From: a candidate division WOR-3 bacterium | Lineage (GTDB): Bacteria > Hydrothermota > Tepidihabitantia > Tepidihabitantales > Tepidihabitantaceae | Assembly (NCBI GenBank): GCA_039801225.1 | Contig: JBDRUH010000024.1 | Span: 1 to 20,117, forward strand | Direction of reading: 5' to 3' | DNA: 20,117 nucleotides | Shown: positions 7,948-16,889 of the stretch, piece by piece | How positions within the stretch are numbered: position 1 is the first letter of the stretch | Layout: each line of letters opens with the position of its first letter | The notes under the pieces: generated by a model | Told to the model about the DNA's origin: nothing | The model's input: the letters and a program-made list of their open reading frames with translations, nothing else | The model's database searches: none | Position numbers and translations under genes: made by a program

Positions 7948-8928
7948 CTAGAGAAGGCTTTCTATTTCACTTACTTTACCGGCGGAAATAACTTTTAATT
8001 CCGGGTCTATCCGCTTGACTAAACCGGCGAGAACCCGACCCGGTCCAACCTCAATGAATTCACGACAGCCCATTCCCTTGGCGCTTTCAATAACCATTAC
8101 CCAGCGCACCGGTGAAATAAGTTGTTGGCTAAGATTCTCTTTAACCTCCTCGGCGGTGGTGGCTGGTTTTCCGGTAACATTCATTATTACCGGAATGGAT
8201 GGTGTCTTAAAAGAAAACTGGTTGAGATATTCGGCAAACTCTTTAGCCGAATTTTGTAGTAAAGGAGAATGAAAGGCGCCCGAAACCGGCAGAGGGACGA
8301 CCTTAAGTGCCCCTTTTCTCTTGGCTATTTCCATTGCCCTTTTCACCGCCTCCGGTTCGCCAGAGATTACCGTTTGCTTCGGCTCATTGTAGTTTGCCGG
8401 GACCACCACCCCTTTTGCTTCTTCGCACACCTCCTCCACCAATTTTGCCTCCAGACCGAGGACCGCCGCCATCATCCCTGGGCGTTTTTCCCCCTCCTCA
8501 AACATTAACTCAGCGCGCCGTTTCACCAGTTTTATCACCGAAGAAAAGTCCAGGCAGCCGGCAGCGTAAACTGCCGAATATTCACCGAGAGAATGTCCGG
8601 CGGTGAGAGTCAGGGGTAATTGCGGCAAGACAGCCAGCACCGCAAGCGAGTGGGTTAAAACCGCTAACTGAGTATAACGGGTCTGGCGTAACTCCTCCTC
8701 TGGTCCCTCAAAAGAGAGCCGTTTGATGGGTAACCCAAGAATATCATCAACACTATCATATACATTGCGGCAGGCTGGAAATCGCTGATAAAGGTCAAGT
8801 CCCATTCCGACAAACTGGGAACCCTGACCGGGGAAAATAAAACCGACCTTTCGATTATGCTCGCCAAACCGATGAGAGGGTAAATTACAACCGGAAGGGC
8901 GGGTTTCGTTAATCTGAGTTTTTTCCAT
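7948..8928 (-). CDS. fabD: Malonyl-CoA:ACP transacylase
   Basis: FPGQGSQ, GHSLGEY, ANYN, SGAFHS, PVRW, EVGPG. ATG 8928 has a GGAG SD; GTG 8937 is an alternative start. Confidence 0.96.
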   Translation of the reverse strand: MEKTQINETRPSGCNLPSHRFGEHNRKVGFIFPGQGSQFVGMGLDLYQRFPACRNVYDSVDDILGLPIKRLSFEGPEEELRQTRYTQLAVLTHSLAVLAVLPQLPLTLTAGHSLGEYSAVYAAGCLDFSSVIKLVKRRAELMFEEGEKRPGMMAAVLGLEAKLVEEVCEEAKGVVVPANYNEPKQTVISGEPEAVKRAMEIAKRKGALKVVPLPVSGAFHSPLLQNSAKEFAEYLNQFSFKTPSIPVIMNVTGKPATTAEEVKENLSQQLISPVRWVMVIESAKGMGCREFIEVGPGRVLAGLVKRIDPELKVISAGKVSEIESLL

Positions 8929-8948
8929 CGCGTTCACTCCGGTTGGTT

Positions 8949-8976
8949 ATATTACGGCGTTTTAAGACCCGGTCAA
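8949..8976 (-). promoter_or_regulatory. Promoter of the fabD-GDT1-truD-Omp85 operon
   Basis: TTGACC(8976-8971)-N16-TAATAT(8954-8949). Confidence 0.6.
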
Positions 8977-9034
8977 CAACCGCGTTTATCCTGTCCCACC
9001 GTTCTTCTCGTTGACTTAATATTAACTTCTGATG

Positions 9035-9062
9035 TTGACAGAAAGTAATTGTTGGTTATAAT
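9035..9062 (+). promoter_or_regulatory. Consensus sigma70 promoter of the kinase / coiled-coil regulator operon
   Basis: TTGACA(9035-9040)-N16-TATAAT(9057-9062). Confidence 0.85.
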
Positions 9063-9146
9063 TGACTAAGTCTCCGGGGTATGTGCGATTAAGCTATAAG
9101 CCGCTGGCTTGAGCAAAACTCCTGGGACTTAAATGCCAGGCAAGAT

Positions 9147-10613
9147 ATGTTAAAAATGCCTAATGAGGGTATACTAAAAGAGATCAGTTTCCTTGATGCC
9201 CTTCAGGAAGGGGTCTGGGTTGCTGATAAAGAAGGATACATTGTATTGGCTAACCGGTCATTTGCCCGCATTTTGGGGTATGATTCACCCGAGAGACTCA
9301 AGGGAAAAGTTTGGTATGAACTTTTCCCCCCTAACGAATCTACTCTCTTGAAAAACTCCTCTATTTATGAACCAATGGGAAAGTTCTATAACACCAATAT
9401 TGTTACCATTGACAATCGGACTGTTCCGGTGGTATTAAAACTTACTTACCAAACTATAGATGGAGTAAACTGGTGTATTGGTTCGCTTTTGGAGTCAAGT
9501 TTTGCTTGGCAGCGGAACGGATTTCCGGAATGGCTTGGCAGACAGGTGCTGGAAAATTTGGTTGATGGCATCTGTCTCATTGAGAATGAACATATGGTAT
9601 ATGTCAATCGTCGTCTTGAGGAGATGACGGGTTATAGCTCTCATCAGCTGCGGAGAATGAGTTTGGAAGAGATTGTTACCCATCCTGACCAAAAACCTAT
9701 TGCGGAGTTCCTCCGTGAACTGCGTCACCTCCCAGCGCATCAAGAGGTTATGCTGCAAACTCGCAGTGGTCAGGAGATAGAGTGTGAACTGCGTCTGGTG
9801 CCAATTGAAGATGGCAAACGAAGGATGTTCCTCGGCTTCTTCCGTGACATCTCCGGACTGAAGCGGACCGAGCGCATCCAGACGGAATTCATTGCGATGG
9901 TGTCTCACGACCTGCGTACTCCATTGGCAACAATAAAAGAGGCATTTTCCCTTCTTTCTGAAGCTGCTGGAGGTCAACTGGATAAAAAACAGCGGCGGTA
10001 TCTGGACATTGCCCAAGAGGGGGTGGATAGGCTTAATAGGATGATTGAGAATCTCCTTGAAGTGTCGTGGATGGAATCAGGGAAATTAACATTGCGTTTT
10101 AGAGAGGTTGAGATAGCTCGCCTTCTTGATGCGGCGATAGATAGTTTTAGTCTTATTGTCGGTAAGAAAAACCTTAAAATTGAACGCCATTTCCCTGAGA
10201 AGACCCCAGTGGTGCTGGGTGATTATGACCGGCTGTTGCGGGCGGTGAGCAATCTTTTAGACAATGCTATTAAATACTCCCCTGAAGGGGGCATTATTCA
10301 GGTAGTGGTTGAAATTCTTAATTCCAACAGTCCAATTCTTTCGGAAAAAGGAGTTCCCCCCAACAACTCCTATCTCAAGGTAACTATTACCGACCAAGGT
10401 CCAGGAATTCCCAGTGAATTTCTGGAGCGAATATTCGGTAAGTTTGAGCGGGTTGACCCTTATGGTCCTGGGATTGGTTTAGGTCTGGCAATCGTTCGTT
10501 CAATCATTGAGCTTCACCGGGGTAAAGTCTGGGCAAGTTCTACTCTCGGTGAAGGCGCAAGTTTTAGTTTAATTCTGCCAATCAAAGAGGAAGGGAGGAA
10601 TAATTATGAGTGA
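9147..10613 (+). CDS. Cytoplasmic PAS-PAS sensor histidine kinase (HisKA-HATPase_c)
   Basis: Two PAS starts (LDALQEGVWVAD..ANRSFARILGY; LENLVDGICLI..VNRRLEEMTGYS), H box SHDLRTPL, N box NLLDNAIKY, G1 DQGPGI, F box IFGKF, G2 GIGLGL; no TM segment. Confidence 0.95.
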   Translation: MLKMPNEGILKEISFLDALQEGVWVADKEGYIVLANRSFARILGYDSPERLKGKVWYELFPPNESTLLKNSSIYEPMGKFYNTNIVTIDNRTVPVVLKLTYQTIDGVNWCIGSLLESSFAWQRNGFPEWLGRQVLENLVDGICLIENEHMVYVNRRLEEMTGYSSHQLRRMSLEEIVTHPDQKPIAEFLRELRHLPAHQEVMLQTRSGQEIECELRLVPIEDGKRRMFLGFFRDISGLKRTERIQTEFIAMVSHDLRTPLATIKEAFSLLSEAAGGQLDKKQRRYLDIAQEGVDRLNRMIENLLEVSWMESGKLTLRFREVEIARLLDAAIDSFSLIVGKKNLKIERHFPEKTPVVLGDYDRLLRAVSNLLDNAIKYSPEGGIIQVVVEILNSNSPILSEKGVPPNNSYLKVTITDQGPGIPSEFLERIFGKFERVDPYGPGIGLGLAIVRSIIELHRGKVWASSTLGEGASFSLILPIKEEGRNNYE

Positions 10614-12858
10614 AGTGCCTAAAAAGCGTCGGAATGACCCACCCGCTACTGGGCAGACCCAGCGAGAGGGTGGCGATATTAAAAAAATTCTAGTGGTAGA
10701 AGATGATGTCAATATGAGGGAGTTGGTTAAAGGAAGGCTGGAAAAACAGGGTTATGAGGTGATTACCGCTGGTGACGGATTTCAGGCGATATTTCAAACC
10801 CGGAAGGTAAAGCCCGACCTTATTATTCTTGATTTGATGCTGCCAAGAATGGATGGTTACGCTGTCTGCCGAACTTTGCGGGCTTCAAGCGAATTCAGCA
10901 AGGTGCCGATTATTATATTGAGCGCTAGGACCTCTCCGGATGATATCCGTCTCGGTCTGGAGATGGGGGCACAGGGTTATATTACCAAACCTTTTAATCC
11001 GGTTGACCTTTTAACCAAAGTCCAAGAACTTCTCCAGCCCGGTGCAGAAATACCGATGGTTAAGGAGGAAGAGGAAGTAAAAATTGTTGAGGAAAAGGTA
11101 AGAGAGGAGGTAGTAGTAAAGTCCGATGCTGAAGCGGAACGCAAAAGGCGAGAAGAGGAACGTTTACTTGAGGAAGAAAAGGCGAAGGAGAAGATATCAG
11201 CCAGGCTCCGATTGGAGCAGGAGCGCCGGGCGATTGAAGCGGAGATAGAAAAAATTGCTCAAAGGCGCACATCACTGGAGTCAGAACTGAAGGCACGACT
11301 GGCGGCAATAGAGAAGGAACGAAGAGAGAGGGAAGAGAGGTTTAAAAAGGAAGTAGCGGCAAAAGCAAACTTAGAATCGGAGAGCAAAAAACTTAACGAA
11401 GAGATTCGGAAACTTACCGAACGGCGGAGCCAGCTGGAAGCGGAGTTGAAAAAAACGCTGCGCGTCCAAGCGGAAAGCAAAACAACTGCGGAGGAGGAGG
11501 CAAGGAAACTTGCCGAGCGCCGTGCCCAGTTGGAGGCGGAACTGAAGAACTGGAGCGAAACCGAGGCTAAAAAAATAGAAGAGGAGATAAAGAAATTTAC
11601 CGAGCGTCGTGCCCAGTTGGAGGCGGAGCTGAAGAACTGGAGCGAAACCGAAGGTAAAAAACTGGAAGAGGAGATTGAAAAACTTGCTGAGCGGAGAGGT
11701 AAACTTGAGACGGAACTCAGGACACGGCTTGAGCCAGAAAGGCAAAAACTGGAACAGGAAAGGAAATTGCTTGAACAGCAAATTCGCGAGGAAACAGAAG
11801 CACGCACCCGGATTGAAGCGGAACTGAGGAAGTTGGTAGAAGAGGCGCGGTTACTTTCCAGCACAAAAAGTAAACTGGAAACGGAGATAAAGACCCGACT
11901 TGAGCCGGAGCAGAAAAAACTGGAAGAGGAAAGAAAGTTGCTTGAGGCTCAGATTAAGGAGGAGGCAGAAGCCCGTGCCCGGATTGAAGCGGAACTGAAA
12001 AAGCTTGCTGAAGAAGAACGGAAAATAAGGGAAAGGCGTGCCAAACTGGAAACAGAAATTAAGACCCGCCTTGACCCAAATCGGAAAAAAATTGATGGAA
12101 AACGCCGGGAACTGGAGCAACGAGCAAAGGAGGAGGCAAAACTCCGGGCGCGCCTTGAGCCGGAACGAAAAAGGATAGAAGAAGAGGAGGCAAAACTTAA
12201 TGAGCGACGAACCCGGTTGGAAACGGAAATTGTCACCCGACTTGACCCCCAGCGCAAGAGGCTGCTGACAGAAAAAAAGGCGCTTGAGGAGAGGGCAAAG
12301 GAGGAGGCAGAAGCCCGCGCCCGGGTAGAGGCGGAACTCAAGAAATTAGAGGGTGAAGCGCGGCAACTTGTAGAAAGACGCTCCAGATTGGCGGCTGAAA
12401 TTAAGACCCGCTATGAGACAGAACGGAAAAAGTGGGAAGAGGAGGAAAGGAGACTTGCGGAAAAACGCGCCGAACTGGAACGGCAATTCAAGACCCGACT
12501 GGAAGAGGAGACCAAAAAATTAGCCGAAGAGGAGCAACGGATTGAAGAACGGGCAAAGGAAGGGGCGGAACTCCGCGCCCGGATTGAAGCGGAATTGAAA
12601 AAGATCGGTGATGAAGAGATTAACCTTATTGAAAAGGTCGTTCAGGCGGAGGAGGAGTTGAAAGGATATGCTGAAGTGGCGAACAAATTGCAAAAGGAGA
12701 TGGAAGAGACTTTTGCCGCATGGCGAAAAGAAGAGGCAAGGATAAAAGCCCAACTGGAATCGGAGATGAAAAAAATTGCCGATGAGGAGCGCCAACTTCG
12801 GGAAAGGCATGCCAAGTTGGTAGCGGAGTTAGCCGCATTAGGGAAGGAGAAGGAGTAG
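10606..12858 (+). CDS. Response regulator: receiver domain plus ~600-aa E/K/R-rich repetitive coiled coil
   Basis: ILVVEDD, PDLIILDLMLP, ILSA, ITKPF all intact; the remainder is charged helical repeats. 8-nt overlap with the kinase; SD GGGAGG. Confidence 0.92.
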   Translation: MSEVPKKRRNDPPATGQTQREGGDIKKILVVEDDVNMRELVKGRLEKQGYEVITAGDGFQAIFQTRKVKPDLIILDLMLPRMDGYAVCRTLRASSEFSKVPIIILSARTSPDDIRLGLEMGAQGYITKPFNPVDLLTKVQELLQPGAEIPMVKEEEEVKIVEEKVREEVVVKSDAEAERKRREEERLLEEEKAKEKISARLRLEQERRAIEAEIEKIAQRRTSLESELKARLAAIEKERREREERFKKEVAAKANLESESKKLNEEIRKLTERRSQLEAELKKTLRVQAESKTTAEEEARKLAERRAQLEAELKNWSETEAKKIEEEIKKFTERRAQLEAELKNWSETEGKKLEEEIEKLAERRGKLETELRTRLEPERQKLEQERKLLEQQIREETEARTRIEAELRKLVEEARLLSSTKSKLETEIKTRLEPEQKKLEEERKLLEAQIKEEAEARARIEAELKKLAEEERKIRERRAKLETEIKTRLDPNRKKIDGKRRELEQRAKEEAKLRARLEPERKRIEEEEAKLNERRTRLETEIVTRLDPQRKRLLTEKKALEERAKEEAEARARVEAELKKLEGEARQLVERRSRLAAEIKTRYETERKKWEEEERRLAEKRAELERQFKTRLEEETKKLAEEEQRIEERAKEGAELRARIEAELKKIGDEEINLIEKVVQAEEELKGYAEVANKLQKEMEETFAAWRKEEARIKAQLESEMKKIADEERQLRERHAKLVAELAALGKEKE
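11506..12470 (+). repeat. In-frame tandem repeats: 87-nt (29-aa) units, then 171-nt (57-aa) units
   Basis: 29-aa units start at 11506, 11593, 11680 (ERRAQLEAELKNWSETE twice). 57-aa units start at 11701, 11872, 12043, 12214, 12385 (K/R-LETEIKTRL-E/D-P). Confidence 0.9.
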
Positions 12859-12912
12859 GGTGTAAGGGATTTATCTGTTATTAACTATTGATTATTTCCA
12901 TTAATACTTTTT

Positions 12913-13731
12913 ATGACGCTGGGTCAGTTAATTAGGTTGGCGCTTGCTGAAGACATCGGGTCAGGTGATATCACTTCAGAGTTGCTCATTCCTTCGGACA
13001 GAACCGTAACCGCCCATATAGTTGCTCGTTCCAGTGGCATTCTCGCCGGGATAAAGATCTGTGCCCAGGTATTTAAAACTGTTGACCGCCGGACAAAGTT
13101 TGAGCCGTTCTACCGGGATGGAAGCCGGTTCCGGCGGGGGGCGGTTTTGGCAAGAGTTTCTGGACCGGCCCGAGCGATACTTGCTGGAGAGCGAACGGCG
13201 TTGAATTTCCTCTCTCACCTTTCCGGAATTGCAACCTTCACCGACAAGTTCGTTACCCGAGTTAAGGGGAGTAAAGCGGTAATCCTTGATACCCGTAAAA
13301 CCCTTCCCGGTTGGCGTGCCTTAGAAAAATATGCGGTGCGTTGCGGAGGGGGGAAGAACCATCGCCAGGGTCTCTACGATATGGTTCTCATTAAAGACAA
13401 CCACATCAAAATAGTCGGGGGAGTAAAAGAAGCCCTTGCTCGCTGTTATAAGTGCCAAAAGCCCGTGGAAATTGAGGTAAAAACCTTAGAAGAGTTGCGT
13501 GCTGCCCTCACCGCTGGTGCAAGAAGGGTTATGCTGGACAATATGACCCTGCCCCAGTTAAAAAAGGCGGTGAAGATTGTTGCCGGTAGAGCAAAACTGG
13601 AAGTCTCAGGTGGGGTTAACTTGAAGAATGTAAAAGCGATTGCCCGAATTGGGGTTGACTACATTTCAATTGGGGCTATTACCCATTCGGCACCCGCTGC
13701 CGACATCAGTTTAGAAGTTGTCGAGAGTTAA
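12913..13731 (+). CDS. nadC: Quinolinate phosphoribosyltransferase (nicotinate-nucleotide pyrophosphorylase)
   Basis: LAEDIGSGDIT, GERTALN, DTRKTLPG, NHRQGLYD..LIKDNH, EIEV, MLDN, EVSGG, ISIGAITHS. Confidence 0.97.
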   Translation: MTLGQLIRLALAEDIGSGDITSELLIPSDRTVTAHIVARSSGILAGIKICAQVFKTVDRRTKFEPFYRDGSRFRRGAVLARVSGPARAILAGERTALNFLSHLSGIATFTDKFVTRVKGSKAVILDTRKTLPGWRALEKYAVRCGGGKNHRQGLYDMVLIKDNHIKIVGGVKEALARCYKCQKPVEIEVKTLEELRAALTAGARRVMLDNMTLPQLKKAVKIVAGRAKLEVSGGVNLKNVKAIARIGVDYISIGAITHSAPAADISLEVVES

Positions 13732-14801
13732 GCCGTGCGAACGAAAAACTTCCCGGGTAACTGCCTTATTAGCCCTTTTACCTCCATCTGAAATAGGAGG
13801 CTCAAAAGGTCCTGCATCGGCATTCCGATAGTTTCGCATATCTCGTCGATATGTAACGGTTCGCTGGAGAGCACATCTAAAATTGGCTTCTCCTTCTCTG
13901 TTGCTAACTCTGCCGGGCTTTTTTCTTCTTTAGGTATTATCTTTAGCTGCTCAAGGAGGTCGGTAGGAGTGGTCAAAATTTTTGCGCCGTTTTTAATCAA
14001 CCGGTTTGTGCCGATACTGCGCTCGTCGCCGATTCTTCCTGGCACCGCATAAACATCTCTTTTCTGTTCTTTTGCCCAAGAACAGGTGTTCAGAACACCG
14101 GACTTTTCACCCGCCTCAACCGCCACCACAATCTTGGCTAGCGCCGATATAAGCCGGTTGCGCTTGGGGAAGTTCATTGCTAAAGGTTCCATCCCTAAGG
14201 GATATTCACTAATCACCGCGCCATTTTTGGCGATTTCCTCACACAGATTTCTGTTTTCCGGCGGGTAATAAACATCAATTCCACAGCCCAATACCGCAAT
14301 CGTCCTGCCGTTAGCGGCTAACGCCCCTTTATGAGCCCAGGTGTCAACGCCTCTTGCCAGACCACTGACAACCGTAACGCCGACAGATGCAAGTTGTTGG
14401 GCGATTTTTTCGGCAATCTGCCTCCCATAATGGGAAGGGTATCTGGTGCCGACAATTGCTACCGCCATTTGGTCTTTTTCCATAACTTCCCCGCGGATAA
14501 AGAGAACCGGTGGCATATGAGGAACTCCTTTTAAGTTTATAGGAAACTCGTCATCCAGATAACTGAGAATCCGCACTCCCATCTTTTCTGCCCAAAGAAT
14601 CCGCTTAAATAAATCTTCACTCCGTTGGTAAGTATGAATTGCTCTGGCTAACTCTTCATCAACTCCAGGAACAGTTAATAGTTCCTCTTTATCTGCGGCA
14701 AAAATTGCCTCTGGTATTTTGAATCTTTGAAGTAGGTTTTTGAGCCGGAATTCGGTCATCCTGGGCACAGCATAAAGGTCAAAGAAAAGATTTTTATTCA
14801 T
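13728..14801 (-). CDS. dprA: DNA-processing protein DprA (Smf)
   Basis: PPVLFIRG, VAIVGTR, VVSGLARGVD..AH, FPKRNRLIS, VEAGEKSG, C-terminal winged helix. Start at 14801 overlaps the obgE stop. Confidence 0.96.
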   Translation of the reverse strand: MNKNLFFDLYAVPRMTEFRLKNLLQRFKIPEAIFAADKEELLTVPGVDEELARAIHTYQRSEDLFKRILWAEKMGVRILSYLDDEFPINLKGVPHMPPVLFIRGEVMEKDQMAVAIVGTRYPSHYGRQIAEKIAQQLASVGVTVVSGLARGVDTWAHKGALAANGRTIAVLGCGIDVYYPPENRNLCEEIAKNGAVISEYPLGMEPLAMNFPKRNRLISALAKIVVAVEAGEKSGVLNTCSWAKEQKRDVYAVPGRIGDERSIGTNRLIKNGAKILTTPTDLLEQLKIIPKEEKSPAELATEKEKPILDVLSSEPLHIDEICETIGMPMQDLLSLLFQMEVKGLIRQLPGKFFVRTA

Positions 14802-15768
14802 CTCCGTGAGACAAAGTTTTCTCAATTATTTCCTTTAATTTCGCAATGCCGGTGCCATAGAGTGCCGAGACTAATACATTAGGGATATCAACTGATAATT
14901 CAGGAGGCTTCTCTTGTAAAAGGTCGATTTTATTCAAAACAAGGATTGCCGGGCGTTTGAGCAACTCAGGGTTGTAAAGCATTACCTCCTTGCGGAGTTG
15001 AAGGTAATCTCTTTCTGGCTGATGGGTGGTTATATCTACTACATAAATTAGCATCCGGGTTCGCTCAATATGCCGGAGGAATTTCAGCCCTAAGCCTTTA
15101 CCCTGATGGGCGCCGCTGATTATTCCGGGCATATCCGCGACGGTAATCTGAACATCCTTTGTTTTGAGAACACCGAGATTGGGAGTAAGGGTGGTGAAAG
15201 GATAGTCGGCAATTTTGGGTTTCGCGCCAGTTAATGCTCTAAGAAGAGTTGACTTTCCGGCATTGGGCAGACCTAAGAACCCGATGTCGGCAATCAGTCG
15301 CAAGATTAGTTTAAGGGTTCGCTCCTCACCTTCTTCCCCTGGTTCACTATAACGAGGTGCTTGATTTGTTGGTGTAGCAAAATGGGTGTTCCCCCTTCCA
15401 CCTTTTCCCCCTTTCGCCACTACCAGTTGCTGAGCGGGTTTTAGTACCTCGCCCAACTTTTCGTTGGTTAAGGCATCGTATACATCGGTGCCTAACGGCA
15501 CGGGAAGAAGAATATCCTCACCATCTTTACCTTTGCAGTTTTTTCCCTTGCCGTGTTCGCCATCTTTCGCCCGGTATCTCCGGCGGTAAAGGTAATCAGC
15601 AAGAGTCTGGAGATGGTTATCACCAAATAAAATTACCGAACCACCCTGACCGCCATCGCCGCCATCTGGTCCTCCTTTGGGGACAAACTTTTCCCGGCGA
15701 AACGAGACACAACCCCGGCCACCCTTTCCTCCTTTTACCGATATAACAACCTCATCAACAAACCGCAT
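14794..15768 (-). CDS. obgE: GTPase ObgE/CgtA (no C-terminal extension)
   Basis: FVDE..GGKGG, FRREKFVPKGGPDGGDGG, GLPNAGKST, ADYPFTTL, DMPG, NKID. Confidence 0.98.
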   Translation of the reverse strand: MRFVDEVVISVKGGKGGRGCVSFRREKFVPKGGPDGGDGGQGGSVILFGDNHLQTLADYLYRRRYRAKDGEHGKGKNCKGKDGEDILLPVPLGTDVYDALTNEKLGEVLKPAQQLVVAKGGKGGRGNTHFATPTNQAPRYSEPGEEGEERTLKLILRLIADIGFLGLPNAGKSTLLRALTGAKPKIADYPFTTLTPNLGVLKTKDVQITVADMPGIISGAHQGKGLGLKFLRHIERTRMLIYVVDITTHQPERDYLQLRKEVMLYNPELLKRPAILVLNKIDLLQEKPPELSVDIPNVLVSALYGTGIAKLKEIIEKTLSHGDE

Positions 15769-15817
15769 CGGTCAAATATTAGTTCTTAAAATCAATTAAG
15801 AAAGGGAAAACCAAACC

Positions 15818-16318
15818 TTATAGTTTTTTTTGTAGTGCTTCAACCACCACTTTAGGTGCGAAACAGGAGAGAAGCGCCTCGCGTCTTTCTACGGGGAGAA
15901 ATCTTCCGGCATATGCCAGTTCGCGAATTAATGAGGAACTGAGATAAAAGTATTTCTCGGAGGGAACGAAGAATATCGTGTCTATTTCTGGTGCCAGTTT
16001 TCGGTTGGTTAATGCCATCTGAAACTCATAGTCAAAATCCATCACTGCTCGGACCCCCCGGATTACCGCTCGTGCCCCTTTTTTCCGAACAAATTCTATC
16101 AAAAGGCCGTCAAACCCTTCAACCTTTATCCCTTTCATATTCGCGGTTGCCTTCTTTGCCAGTTCAATCCGCTCTTCCCAGGAAAAAAGGGGATTTTTCT
16201 CCTCTCTTTTCGCTACCCCAATGACAATCTCGTCAAAGAGGCGAATTGCCCTTTCCACTATGTCCAGATGACCCAAAGTTATCGGGTCAAAACTACCAGG
16301 ATAAACTGCTACCTTCAT
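15818..16318 (-). CDS. coaD: Phosphopantetheine adenylyltransferase
   Basis: AVYPGSFDPITLGHLDI, IRGVRAVMDFDYE, LSSSLIRE. ATG 16318 has SD GGAGGT and an ATGA overlap with rsmD. Confidence 0.97.
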   Translation of the reverse strand: MKVAVYPGSFDPITLGHLDIVERAIRLFDEIVIGVAKREEKNPLFSWEERIELAKKATANMKGIKVEGFDGLLIEFVRKKGARAVIRGVRAVMDFDYEFQMALTNRKLAPEIDTIFFVPSEKYFYLSSSLIRELAYAGRFLPVERREALLSCFAPKVVVEALQKKL

Positions 16319-16848
16319 TTCCACCTCCGAAAAAATGTTACGACACTCTCGCCATACCTTCTCTGTTGAAACTTTTCCCATACCTCGGGAGTTGCCGGCG
16401 GTTCCTTTTTACTGTGCTCCATTACCAATATACCACCTAAGGCAACCAATCTGTTTTTGATAATAAGTTCTAATGTCTTCGCCACCAGTCCCTTTTCATA
16501 AGGAGGATCGGCAAGGATGATATCAAACTGCTTATTACTCATCTTTGACAATACCCGGCAGACATCACCTTTTATTACCCTGCATCCTTCCAGTCCCTTA
16601 AGATTTTCCTTAATAAAGTGTACCGCCTCGGGGCTTTTCTCAATAAACACCACTTCACGAGCACCGCGAGAAAGCGCTTCTATCCCTAAAGCCCCACCAC
16701 CGGCAAAAAGGTCACACACTCGGGCACCAACTACTTTTTCACCCAAGATATTAAAAATCGCTTGGCGGGTAATTCCCTTTGTTGGTCTTATTTCGGTGCG
16801 CGGATAAAGAAGCCTGCGCCCTTTTAATCTGCCGCCGGTAACCTGCAC
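16315..16848 (-). CDS. rsmD: 16S rRNA m2G966 methyltransferase RsmD
   Basis: GGRLKGR..IRPT, DLFAGGGALGIEALSRGA, DPPY, RRYG; usual rsmD-coaD gene order. Confidence 0.95.
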   Translation of the reverse strand: MQVTGGRLKGRRLLYPRTEIRPTKGITRQAIFNILGEKVVGARVCDLFAGGGALGIEALSRGAREVVFIEKSPEAVHFIKENLKGLEGCRVIKGDVCRVLSKMSNKQFDIILADPPYEKGLVAKTLELIIKNRLVALGGILVMEHSKKEPPATPEVWEKFQQRRYGESVVTFFRRWK

Positions 16849-16854
16849 TCAAGG

Positions 16855-16882
16855 AATATAAAAAACATTATTTTTCTGTCAA
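16855..16882 (-). promoter_or_regulatory. Sigma70-like promoter, leaderless, for rsmD-coaD (probably also obgE-dprA)
   Basis: TTGACA(16882-16877)-N16-TATATT(16860-16855)-N6-GTG(16848). Confidence 0.7.
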
Positions 16883-16889
16883 ACTAACG

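Noticed and set aside
8850..8937. ~25-aa N-terminal extension of FabD as an inserted element
   Set aside because: In frame, with no repeats or element ends; most likely a variable tail.
11506..11700. Direct repeats considered as a possible CRISPR array
   Set aside because: In-frame coding repeats with synonymous variation and no unique spacers; no cas genes.
11060..12838. Several Ser/Phe/Leu-rich minus-strand ORFs
   Set aside because: Shadow frames of the purine-rich coiled-coil gene.
12859..12912. Separate nadC promoter or terminator
   Set aside because: AT-rich, but no convincing -35/-10 pair or stem-loop.
6499..16381. Longer ORF-track starts for the Omp85 protein (6516), truD (7730), dprA (14825) and coaD (16381)
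   Set aside because: They extend into upstream genes; downstream ATGs match family N-termini and stop/start coupling.
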